From Candidatus Pacearchaeota archaeon (GTDB lineage: Archaea; Nanobdellota; Nanobdellia; Pacearchaeales; UBA284), in contig CP061211.1 in NCBI GenBank assembly GCA_026016245.1, positions 678,725-710,724 on the forward strand: a stretch of 32,000 bases of DNA, read 5' to 3'. Under the pieces are notes generated by a model that had not been told where the DNA came from, searched no databases, and was given only the letters and a program-made list of their open reading frames with translations. The position numbers were made by a program, and so were the translations under genes. Shown piece after piece: positions 1 through 6,967 of this stretch. Each line of letters opens with the position of its first letter. The stretch's first letter is position 1.

Positions 1-2
1 TC

Positions 3-704
3 TTTAAATGGAGCATGAGATTTTTCACCCTTGTCCCCATAATAAACAGGATAAAAATGACAATGAAGATTTCTTAAAAATTTTTTTCCAAGTTCTTTTT
101 CAATTTTTTCTAAAATTATCCTAAAATCTTTTTTAGTTTTCAAACTTCCAAAAGTTCTTGCATGCACATGTGCAAAATCAATGCAGGGTATACATTTAGT
201 CTCCTTGCATATTTGGATAATATGATCAAATGAACCTAATTGTGAAGTCTTACCCATTGTTTCGAGTGCAATTTTAGTTTTATATCCTAATTGTTTTGCT
301 TTTTCATTTATTTTATTCAAGTTTTTGATGACTCTTCCGATTGGATCATTAACATTCATAAATCCGGGATGTAACACAGCAGTTTTTGAATGCATTAAAT
401 CAGATAATTTAAGAGTCTTAAGCATCTCATTAAATGAATTTTTAATCACTTTCTTTTTATTGCTTGTTAAAACAACATAATAAGGAGAATGAACACTTAG
501 CTGAACATCAAACTTCTTAGCATTTATTCCCATCTGCAAAGCATTTTGTTCTGAGGTTCTTGCGCCATACGTAAACATAATTTCCAGAGCATTCAATCCA
601 ATAGAATTTAACCATTCAGGACAATTTAATCTATTATTGATAAATTTTGAACTAAAAAAATTGGGGGGATTTCCGGAAGTACCTATTCTTATCATTTTAG
701 ACAT
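3..704 (-). CDS. AP endonuclease family 2 / endonuclease IV-like TIM-barrel protein (C-terminus runs off the window start)
   Basis: Absent from the ORF track because it is open to the window edge. My minus-strand translation from ATG 704-702 reads MSKMIRIGTSGNPPNF..LSVHSPYY..AVLHPGF..IALETMG..CIDFAHVHA..HCHF with no stop down to base 3. The spacing of H, HPG, E, D-AH-H and H ligands fits the Nfo-like fold. Alternative start is ATG 695-693. Confidence 0.6.
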   Translation of the reverse strand, partial: MSKMIRIGTSGNPPNFFSSKFINNRLNCPEWLNSIGLNALEIMFTYGARTSEQNALQMGINAKKFDVQLSVHSPYYVVLTSNKKKVIKNSFNEMLKTLKLSDLMHSKTAVLHPGFMNVNDPIGRVIKNLNKINEKAKQLGYKTKIALETMGKTSQLGSFDHIIQICKETKCIPCIDFAHVHARTFGSLKTKKDFRIILEKIEKELGKKFLRNLHCHFYPVYYGDKGEKSHAPFK

Positions 705-808
705 GGGCCCGACGCGATTCGAACGCGCGACACCTTGGTTGCTTCAAAGCTTAGGCTTTGACCCTTGCTTATAAAAGCCAAGTGCTCTACCAACTGAGCT
801 ACGGGCCC
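705..808 (-). tRNA. tRNA-Lys(UUU): tRNA-Lys (anticodon UUU) with a 32-nt intron at the canonical 37/38 position
   Basis: Reverse complement folds as GGGCCCG-TA-GCTC-AGTTGGTA-GAGC-A-CTTGG-CTTTTA[intron]A-CCAAG-GTGTC-GCGCG-TTCGAAT-CGCGT-CGGGCCC. The mature length is 72 nt. It is a GC-rich island in AT-rich DNA. Confidence 0.9.
740..771 (-). other. tRNA-Lys intron (TAAGCAAGGGTCAAAGCCTAAGCTTTGAAGCA)
   Basis: Removing these 32 nt restores a 7-nt anticodon loop CUUUUAA between the CTTGG/CCAAG stem. A hand fold gives a bulge-helix-bulge: 4-bp helix CUUU:GAAG flanked by 3-nt bulges UA|U and CA|A. Confidence 0.8.
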
Positions 809-831
809 TTGTTTTAAAGAGTGTAAATAAA

Positions 832-839
832 TTTATAAA
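832..839. promoter_or_regulatory. Palindromic TATA box TTTATAAA shared by divergent units
   Basis: It lies 29 nt upstream of ATG 861 on the plus strand. On the minus strand it lies 31 nt upstream of the mature 5' end of tRNA-Lys (808). The box is its own reverse complement. Confidence 0.55.
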
Positions 840-860
840 GTTTCTTATTAAAATATAGAG

Positions 861-1079
861 ATGGAACAAGCAACTTTAATGATTTTAATTTTAATTGCAC
901 TAGCTTGGACAATACCTTGGAAAGGTGTTGCTTTATGGAGAGCATCAAAAAAGAATCATCTGGTTTGGTTTATTGTTCTTCTTTTAGTAAACACTCTAGC
1001 TATTCTTGAAATCCTCTACATTTTTATATTTTCTAAAGAAAAGAAAAAACAGAAGAAAAGGAAGAGAAGAAAAAGGTAG
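861..1079 (+). CDS. Small 2-TM membrane protein with a poly-K/R tail (resembles DUF5652-type proteins)
   Basis: ORF track 72 aa. Motif PWKGVALWRASKKN..WFIVLLLVNTLAILEILYIF. TATA sits at -29, so the gene is leaderless. Confidence 0.6.
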   Translation: MEQATLMILILIALAWTIPWKGVALWRASKKNHLVWFIVLLLVNTLAILEILYIFIFSKEKKKQKKRKRRKR

Positions 1080-1128
1080 AAGAGAAGAAATAACAATAGA
1101 AAATGAGTTTTAAATTTTCTTAGATTCA

Positions 1129-1431
1129 TTAGCCTTTCATGTGTTTTTTAAGATACTGCCAAGGAATTAATATAAATAAAAACCAGAGAACAAGACAGCC
1201 AAACTCTTCTATTGGAATGCCAAATCCTACTGTTATTCCTGTGATTTGTTCTGGAAAATTAACCCACCACCTACCATAAGCTATTATTTCTATTAAATAT
1301 AAAAAAACAATACCAGATACCCAGAAAATAATTTTTCCTTTAGTAAACTTAAGAACCTCTGTTTTAAGAAAATAATCTAGCAAGATAAGTATTACAATTC
1401 CTACAATTGTGGTAATCGTGTATTCCATCAT
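1129..1431 (-). CDS. Small membrane protein, lycopene cyclase domain-like (CrtYd-like half)
   Basis: 100 aa with 3 TM segments. Motif GFGIPIEEFGCLVLWF matches the hPhEE..F signature of the lycopene cyclase domain. There is a 4-nt ATGA overlap with the upstream gene. Confidence 0.45.
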   Translation of the reverse strand: MMEYTITTIVGIVILILLDYFLKTEVLKFTKGKIIFWVSGIVFLYLIEIIAYGRWWVNFPEQITGITVGFGIPIEEFGCLVLWFLFILIPWQYLKKHMKG

Positions 1432-1751
1432 TTTTTCTTATGTTCTTTGTCAAATTTTAAATATCTTTCCCAGACAGCTATGACTATCATAGGAGCTATT
1501 ACATACAGAAAAGCGTCTTCAAGATAAATTGGTGGAAGAGAAATTCCAACTAAAACCTCATGACCTATATCCCACCATTGTCTGGCATAACCTAACATTG
1601 CAAGAGTTTCAGCAATAAAAAATGAGAGAATTATAACTAAGATTAATTTTTTTCTGTTCTTTTTATTAAATAAATTAAGATTATATGTTTTGTTTACAAT
1701 AAGTGCTATTACAAGAATGATAATATTAAAGATCAAAAATTCTCCAATCAT
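1428..1751 (-). CDS. Small membrane protein, lycopene cyclase domain-like (CrtYc-like half)
   Basis: 107 aa. Motif LPPIYLEDAFLYVIAPM is a degenerate PxEE/D..F signature. It is translationally coupled to 1129-1431. Confidence 0.45.
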   Translation of the reverse strand: MIGEFLIFNIIILVIALIVNKTYNLNLFNKKNRKKLILVIILSFFIAETLAMLGYARQWWDIGHEVLVGISLPPIYLEDAFLYVIAPMIVIAVWERYLKFDKEHKKK

Positions 1752-1772
1752 AATTTTAATTATTTTATTAGA

Positions 1773-1780
1773 TATATAAA
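1773..1780 (-). promoter_or_regulatory. TATA box (TTTATATA on the minus strand)
   Basis: 29 nt upstream of minus-strand ATG 1751. Confidence 0.5.
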
Positions 1781-1923
1781 ATTTTCCAAGAAAACGCCCT
1801 AGCCAAATGGTTAGAATTTGTTTGACGCTCTTATTGAATTTTTACAAGAGGATTAGGTTTAAATATTTTGCTTCTTTTAGAAAATTACCTCCTTAGTCTT
1901 TGATCTCAAAATTAAATGGTCAA

Positions 1924-1931
1924 TTTATATA
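1924..1931 (+). promoter_or_regulatory. TATA box TTTATATA
   Basis: Exactly 29 nt upstream of ATG 1953. This is the same spacing seen at most other units in the window. Confidence 0.5.
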
Positions 1932-1952
1932 GTATATTCAATTATTGTAATC

Positions 1953-2096
1953 ATGAAGAAAAAAAATAAAAAGTTTGATGAATTAGTAGAGAAAGAACGT
2001 TTAAAATTAAAGGATTTTATGGATATTCTTGAAAAAATAAATCAGACGGAGGAAAAAGATGTCGCAGAAATCAAGTTCAAATTCTCAGCAAGTTAA
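1953..2096 (+). CDS. 47-aa small basic/acidic helical protein (hypothetical)
   Basis: Below the ORF-track cutoff. My translation is MKKKNKKFDELVEKERLKLKDFMDILEKINQTEEKDVAEIKFKFSAS. Its ATG sits at the canonical leaderless distance from a TATA box. It overlaps the start of the next gene by 38 nt in another frame. Confidence 0.4.
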   Translation: MKKKNKKFDELVEKERLKLKDFMDILEKINQTEEKDVAEIKFKFSAS

Positions 2097-2988
2097 GACA
2101 ACTAAAACTTCTTTTAATTTGGGTCAATTAGATAAAGAACAAAATTTAAAGCGTAAAGAATTAATATTGGACATAGAAAAACAATTGAAAGGAAAAGTTA
2201 TTATTTATTTCGCAAATTTCACTCACCCCTTTGGTATAATTTCTGGAGAAGACATAATGCTTTTTGAAGAAACTCTTGCATCAATAGGGAAAACAGAGAG
2301 ATTATTTTTAATTATAAATAGTCCAGGAGGTTACCCTGATGCTGCAGAAAAAATGATAATGTTGTGTAGAGCGAGATGTAAAAAATTCTATGTGGTGGTT
2401 CCAAATGAAGCCAAAAGTGCAGCCACAATGATATCTCTTGGAGCAGACGAAATATGGATGAGTCACATATCTGAACTTGGCCCGATAGACCCAATTATAA
2501 CACATAATCAAAACAATTTCCAAGCTTGGGCATATCTTAGTGGTTTTAATAGTATCAAAGGGGAAATTATAGAATCTAAAAATCCTTTATTAATACAAAT
2601 GTATTTACCTTTATTGAATAAGATAGATCCAACTATCTTAGATATCTGTTTGAGAACTACATATGATGCAAAAAAATTTGCGGAGAAATGGCTTAAGAAA
2701 CATATGTTGAAGAGAAATCAAAAGCAGGCTGAGAAAACAGCAGAGATTTTATCTTCAGCTGATAAATATTTAACTCACACAAAAGTAATTGATTATAAAG
2801 AAGCAAGGAGACATCTTAAATTAAAGGTGAAATACATAAGAAAAGAAACGCGATTGTGGAAAAATATATGGGAACTATACGTAAGGGCCCAGAAACACAT
2901 TACAGATCAAAATCTAACAAAAATGGTCGGCAGCAGTTCTATAGAGATTGGGCAGAGTGTTTCTGTAAAGAAAATTGAAAAGAGTTAA
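2059..2988 (+). CDS. Clp-fold serine protease, SDH (serine dehydrogenase proteinase) family
   Basis: Motif LFLIINSPGGYPDAAEKM..VVVPNEAKSAATMISLGADEIWM..ELGPIDP matches the ClpP/SppA-like SDH pattern. GGAGG lies 8 nt upstream of the ATG. Confidence 0.65.
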   Translation: MSQKSSSNSQQVKTTKTSFNLGQLDKEQNLKRKELILDIEKQLKGKVIIYFANFTHPFGIISGEDIMLFEETLASIGKTERLFLIINSPGGYPDAAEKMIMLCRARCKKFYVVVPNEAKSAATMISLGADEIWMSHISELGPIDPIITHNQNNFQAWAYLSGFNSIKGEIIESKNPLLIQMYLPLLNKIDPTILDICLRTTYDAKKFAEKWLKKHMLKRNQKQAEKTAEILSSADKYLTHTKVIDYKEARRHLKLKVKYIRKETRLWKNIWELYVRAQKHITDQNLTKMVGSSSIEIGQSVSVKKIEKS

Positions 2989-3001
2989 TATAAAAAACCA
3001 T

Positions 3002-3226
3002 CTACTTCTTCACATAATGCCTAAACCTATCATCTTTTGGATTAATGCACTTGATAAAGCCTTTCTTTTCCAGCTCTAAAAGAATACGACTTATTGAACT
3101 CCTATGTTTTTTCATTTCCTTTGCCAATTCTGTTGCGGTTTTTGGCTCTTTTAATCTTGACAAGACTTCTTTTCTTAACCTACCTTTCTTTAGAAATATC
3201 TCTTTTTTCCACTCTCTTTTATTCAT
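3002..3226 (-). CDS. Small winged-helix (ArsR-like) transcriptional regulator
   Basis: 74 aa. Motif PKTATELAKEMKKHRSSISRILLELEKKGFIKC. A TATA-like TATTAAAA lies 29 nt upstream on the minus strand (3248-3255). Confidence 0.65.
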   Translation of the reverse strand: MNKREWKKEIFLKKGRLRKEVLSRLKEPKTATELAKEMKKHRSSISRILLELEKKGFIKCINPKDDRFRHYVKK

Positions 3227-3277
3227 AGAGAAAAAGCGTATTATTTATTTTAATATCAGAGTAATGTTAGCGTAACA

Positions 3278-3285
3278 TTTATAAA
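3278..3285 (+). promoter_or_regulatory. TATA box TTTATAAA
   Basis: 29 nt upstream of ATG 3307. Confidence 0.5.
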
Positions 3286-3306
3286 ATAAGAAAAATTAAG
3301 TTAATC

Positions 3307-3864
3307 ATGGAAACTAAATATCTATGCATAGTTTTAGTCTTGCTATTGACAATAGGTATTCTTTTTGTTTCTGGATGTGGAAAACCGGTTTACTTTGGAA
3401 ATGAGAGTAATGCATCTCAAGGTGATAACCAAAATAATCAGCAATCAGGTGATCAAGTCCAAGAAACTAAAGTTCAAACAATAGGAGATGTATATTTTCT
3501 TGCTAAAAATTGGGATAGTGATTCAGAAGTAGATGGATTAGAATTTGATTTAAATCCAAAGGACAAGGATGATTCTCTTGTAATGACTGATGGAAAAGTT
3601 TCTATAAAATTATGGAAAATAGTGCAGCAAGGATATGAAAACAAATGCTTGAAAAGAAATGAAGACCTTTTAGAGTCTTGGGATAACATTCAGGTTAAAA
3701 AAGGTGATTACAGTATTTTTGGAGTAACAGTAAGAGCAGAATACAAAAGTTATGAAATTACTGATGACAAGTATGCCCTTGGTTGTGCAGAGGTGGTCTT
3801 TACAACCCCAGATGGAAAGAATTTTACATCTTCAGAAGATACAATATTTATTAATGGATTGTAA
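3307..3864 (+). CDS. Secreted lipoprotein-like protein
   Basis: Signal peptide with the lipobox-like LFVSGCG, followed by a Q/N-rich linker. Confidence 0.6.
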   Translation: METKYLCIVLVLLLTIGILFVSGCGKPVYFGNESNASQGDNQNNQQSGDQVQETKVQTIGDVYFLAKNWDSDSEVDGLEFDLNPKDKDDSLVMTDGKVSIKLWKIVQQGYENKCLKRNEDLLESWDNIQVKKGDYSIFGVTVRAEYKSYEITDDKYALGCAEVVFTTPDGKNFTSSEDTIFINGL

Positions 3865-3865
3865 A

Positions 3866-4192
3866 ATGGCAAAAACAAGTTTTATTTTGGGTTTAATTGG
3901 AGGAATTTTGGGATTTTTTAGTGGAATTCTAGCTTTAACTATTGGTGGGGTAGGTGAAGCATTTAACCTTTTAGGAGCTGGAGAACTTACCGGATTAGGA
4001 ATTGCTGCTATTATTTTTTCTATAATTGCCATAATATTCTCAGTTATATCTACAAAGAAGCCAAAATTGGGTGGTTGGATTATGATAATTTCTGGAATAG
4101 CTATTTTGATATGTATTTCATTGTTTGGATTGCTTCCTGCAGTACTTATTATAACTGGTGGAATAATGGCTTTAGTTAAAAAGAAAAAATAA
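3866..4192 (+). CDS. Gly-rich multi-TM small membrane protein
   Basis: In-frame ATG 3866 (MAKTSFILGLIGGILGFF..) begins 2 nt after the upstream stop. I regard the track ORF start at 3752 as an artefactual extension into the lipoprotein gene. Confidence 0.6.
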   Translation: MAKTSFILGLIGGILGFFSGILALTIGGVGEAFNLLGAGELTGLGIAAIIFSIIAIIFSVISTKKPKLGGWIMIISGIAILICISLFGLLPAVLIITGGIMALVKKKK

Positions 4193-4222
4193 TTTTTAGA
4201 AAGCTTTTTAAGAAATAAGAAA

Positions 4223-4537
4223 TCATTTACTTTTTATTTTTTTATAATAACCTTTATTTTTTAATTCTTCGTAAAGTTCTTTTCCTTTCAGTGTTAAGAT
4301 ATAAGAATCAAAAGTTCCATTTTCAGTAGGAATCATAGTTCCTGAAGCTTTTTTCTCTACCAAACCTATTTTTTGTAATAATTTTAGAGACAAAATATTA
4401 TTGCTAATGATATAATAATCATTTCCTAAATAATCTTTACTTGAAAAAATTTCTTTTAGATATAATGCAATTGTTTCAAATATAAAATTCTTATTTATTT
4501 TTCCTATTTCTTTCTTGATATCTTGTTCTAGTCCCAT
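4223..4537 (-). CDS. Hypothetical protein (possible winged-helix fold)
   Basis: ORF track 104 aa. It begins 25 nt downstream of the tRNA-Asp 3' end on the same strand. Confidence 0.5.
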   Translation of the reverse strand: MGLEQDIKKEIGKINKNFIFETIALYLKEIFSSKDYLGNDYYIISNNILSLKLLQKIGLVEKKASGTMIPTENGTFDSYILTLKGKELYEELKNKGYYKKIKSK

Positions 4538-4562
4538 TTTCCCTTAACCTAAAATCATGAAG

Positions 4563-4634
4563 CGCCCCCGCCGAGAATCGAACTCGGGTCGGAGCCTCGA
4601 CAGGGCTCTATGCTAACCTCTACACCACGAGGGC
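4563..4634 (-). tRNA. tRNA-Asp(GUC): tRNA-Asp (anticodon GUC), no intron
   Basis: Reverse complement folds as GCCCTCG-TG-GTGT-AGAGGTTA-GCAT-A-GAGCC-CTGTCGA-GGCTC-CGAC-CCGAG-TTCGATT-CTCGG-CGGGGGC-G. Confidence 0.9.
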
Positions 4635-4657
4635 ATAATTAATAGGGAAGTCAGGAA

Positions 4658-4665
4658 TTTTTAAA
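4658..4665 (-). promoter_or_regulatory. TATA box (TTTAAAAA on the minus strand)
   Basis: 31 nt upstream of the tRNA-Asp 5' end (4634). This is the same spacing as at tRNA-Lys. Confidence 0.5.
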
Positions 4666-4682
4666 GCTTTCTCATCGCTATC

Positions 4683-4898
4683 TTACTTCCTTCTTTTCTT
4701 GTTCTTTTTGTGGAAAGGTTTGAAATGATCTACAATTAATTCACTTATAACAGCAAAAGGTAATGATACTAATGCTATAATTCCTACAATATGCCAAGTT
4801 ATTGTTGCTCCTGTTGCTAGTCCTATTGCTATAAGATCTTCGATTATTCCTAAACCCATACCAACAATAAAAAATTCTAATAAGCGTCCTAATTTCAT
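4683..4898 (-). CDS. Small 2-TM membrane protein with a K/R tail
   Basis: ORF track 71 aa. There is a 4-nt overlap with trxB. It is the last gene of the long minus-strand run. Confidence 0.5.
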   Translation of the reverse strand: MKLGRLLEFFIVGMGLGIIEDLIAIGLATGATITWHIVGIIALVSLPFAVISELIVDHFKPFHKKNKKRRK

Positions 4899-5845
4899 TT
4901 TCTTTTTTTTATTTCTTGAATATAATCTTGGGCTGATATTGCGGCTGTGGCGCCTTGAGCTGCTGCAGTTAGGATTTGTTTTAATTTTCTGTTTGTTATG
5001 TCACCTGCAGCAAATATTCCTTTAATGTTTGTTTTCATTTCTTCATCTACAACAATAAAACCACCCCCATCTAATTTTATATCTAATTGTTTTACAAGTT
5101 CTGTTGAGGGAGTCATACCTATTTCAATTATTATGCCCTGAATTGGGAGCTCTTTTTTCTGTCCAGTTTCTTTGAATTCCTTATCCTGCCATTCAACTTC
5201 TTCTATTTCTATTGCATTGACAAATTCTTTTCCCTTGATTTCATTGACTTTATGACTGCTTAAAATTTCAAGCTTTTCTTTACCTTCTTTTTTTAACTGC
5301 TCTAATCTGAATGCTTTTGCTCGAGGTTTCTTTTCTATATCTATCATATAAATCTTGTTAGCATATTTTAACATTAATAATGCTGCAATTACTGCTGAAT
5401 CTCCTCCTCCAATTATTGCTACATCTTTGTCCTTAAAAAAAGGAGCATCACATAATACACAATAGGTAATCCCCTTTCCCTTAAACTCTTGTTCTCCTTT
5501 AATGCCTAGCTCTCTCCTTTTGCTGCCTAAAGCAAGAATTAGTGTTTTTCCCAAGTAAGTGTCTTTATTTGTTTTTATTACAAATTCATTTTCTACTTCT
5601 TTAATTTCTAATATTTCTTCCTCTATTTTGATGTCTATGGCTTGAACTTGCTCATACATCTTTTTTGCCAAATCCATGCCAGAAATTTCCTTAAATCCAG
5701 GATAGTTTTCTATTAAAGGAGTTTCAACTACATAGCCTCCTACTTGTTTTCCTACAAGAAGAGTATTGAGTTTTGATCTTTCTGCATATAAGGCTGCTGC
5801 AAGTCCTGCTGGTCCTATGCCCAAAATAATTAAGTCATATATCAT
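4895..5845 (-). CDS. trxB: Thioredoxin-disulfide reductase
   Basis: N-terminal FAD motif ILGIGPAGLAAALYA, redox-active CVLCDAPFF, NADPH motif IIGGGDSA, and C-terminal AAGD. Confidence 0.85.
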   Translation of the reverse strand: MIYDLIILGIGPAGLAAALYAERSKLNTLLVGKQVGGYVVETPLIENYPGFKEISGMDLAKKMYEQVQAIDIKIEEEILEIKEVENEFVIKTNKDTYLGKTLILALGSKRRELGIKGEQEFKGKGITYCVLCDAPFFKDKDVAIIGGGDSAVIAALLMLKYANKIYMIDIEKKPRAKAFRLEQLKKEGKEKLEILSSHKVNEIKGKEFVNAIEIEEVEWQDKEFKETGQKKELPIQGIIIEIGMTPSTELVKQLDIKLDGGGFIVVDEEMKTNIKGIFAAGDITNRKLKQILTAAAQGATAAISAQDYIQEIKKRK

Positions 5846-5858
5846 TTTTTATATTTTA

Positions 5859-6560
5859 TTAGTAAACCCAGCCAAATAATAAAGCTATACCAATTAACAC
5901 AAGCAAGATACCAGCAATAAGATGCAATAATCTTAGATTCTTCTCACGCCATCCATAAACAGCGTCAATAGTTGAAAAGCCAAAATAAATTATTAAGGTT
6001 ATTGCTATCATTGGCAAGACAAAAATCAAATTATAAACCAAAAGCATGGGGACTATTTCCAGAAGCGTTATAGGTTCGAGAATTCCACAACATATTATGT
6101 AAGGGCCCATAGTACATGGAGTGAGGAATAAAGAACAGAAAATACCAATAATAATAGCTCCCTTTACTGAAGTAATTCTTGAAATGAGATCTTTCATTCT
6201 TGGACGCCATTTTCTTGGCACCTCAGTAACAAAACCTCCTGCTCCATAAGAGAAGAAATCTTTTATGTTAAATCCTCCTAATACAATGCCAACAATACCT
6301 AGAGTACGGTAAAGCCATATTTTAAACACAGCAAGTTGGGTTAATGCTTTGAAAAAATTAATTAGGATAAGACCATAAAAAAAATACATTACAAAGATAG
6401 CAGCTGTAAAAGCAAATCCTATTTGTAAAACTTTTTTTCTTTGTCTTGGAAATCTTGTAAGTATGGCTATGAGCGCAAGAGTTAGGACTGCTAGCTCACA
6501 AGGATTCACAGCATCAGCTGCAGCAAGTCCTAATAATGTTGCCCAAGTTAGATCTACCAT
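5859..6560 (-). CDS. ccdA: CcdA/DsbD-family transmembrane thiol-disulfide electron transporter
   Basis: Polytopic protein with paired membrane-embedded Cys motifs DAVNPCELAV and LTPCTMGPY. Confidence 0.8.
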   Translation of the reverse strand: MVDLTWATLLGLAAADAVNPCELAVLTLALIAILTRFPRQRKKVLQIGFAFTAAIFVMYFFYGLILINFFKALTQLAVFKIWLYRTLGIVGIVLGGFNIKDFFSYGAGGFVTEVPRKWRPRMKDLISRITSVKGAIIIGIFCSLFLTPCTMGPYIICCGILEPITLLEIVPMLLVYNLIFVLPMIAITLIIYFGFSTIDAVYGWREKNLRLLHLIAGILLVLIGIALLFGWVY

Positions 6561-6561
6561 T

Positions 6562-6966
6562 TTATTCAGCTAAAATTGCCTCTTTATATTGCTCTTTACT
6601 TCTGACACCAACATAAACTTTACAATTTATAATTATTGTTGGTATAGCTTCAGGAATTAACCCTAAACTTAATATTCTTTCTTTATCAGCATCTATAGCA
6701 AGATCATAATAACCAAATTCCATTTCTAGTTCTTGTTCCAATTCTTGTAATCTTGGAATAGCTATTGCGCAAGCCCCACAGCCTGCTCCATGAATTGTAA
6801 TGACTTTTTCCAATTGTGAACATTTTTCTGAAGGAATGATCATACCATCCTTTAATAAAATATCTTCTGTGTTTTGATTGGAAAATTTAGGGATAAGTAT
6901 TAGAATAACAATTATCAAAACTGCGATAATTAATGCTACTATGCCCAAAAAAAGTTTTTTATTCAT
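6562..6966 (-). CDS. Membrane-anchored thioredoxin-fold protein (CGAC active site)
   Basis: N-terminal TM anchor followed by HGAGCGACAIAIP..IPTIII, i.e. a Trx fold with a cis-Pro. Confidence 0.7.
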   Translation of the reverse strand: MNKKLFLGIVALIIAVLIIVILILIPKFSNQNTEDILLKDGMIIPSEKCSQLEKVITIHGAGCGACAIAIPRLQELEQELEMEFGYYDLAIDADKERILSLGLIPEAIPTIIINCKVYVGVRSKEQYKEAILAE

Positions 6967-6967
6967 T

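Noticed and set aside
1794-1850. tRNA-like or split-tRNA half (cgccctagccaaatggttagaatttg has a D-arm-like CAAA-TGGTTAGAA-TTTG).
   Set aside because: No complementary anticodon stem, T-arm or acceptor partner can be formed from the flanking sequence. It is probably chance similarity in the 200-nt non-coding gap 1752-1952.
1807-1896. 29-codon plus-strand ORF (MVRICLTLLLNFYKRIRFKYFASFRKLPP) in the same gap.
   Set aside because: The nearby TATA box (1773-1780) is correctly spaced for minus-strand gene 1751, not for this ATG (about 34 nt). The ORF is very short with no supporting signal.
2308-2523. Antisense or alternative-frame ORFs from the track lying inside confident genes. Examples: 2308-2523, 2312-2494, 3045-3275, 3474-3689, 3832-4032, 6878-7311, 7686-8024, 8403-9062, 9529-9744, 10078-10269, 10572-10790, 11593-12353, 16128-16592, 17271-17621, 19495-19725, 19910-20128, 22410-22682, 23836-24018, 24774-25134, 25624-25972, 26657-26890, 28383-28628, 30536-30955, 31765-31947.
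   Set aside because: Each is fully embedded in a longer ORF that has recognisable family motifs or consistent operon structure. Their translations are low-complexity (F/L/S/I-rich), which is typical of the reverse frames of AT-rich genes. None has a TATA box at the canonical distance.
3752-3865. N-terminal 38-codon extension of the membrane-protein ORF (track start 3752).
   Set aside because: It overlaps the 3' end of the lipoprotein gene in another frame and its translation is not membrane-like. The in-frame ATG 3866 starts the hydrophobic protein right after the upstream stop.
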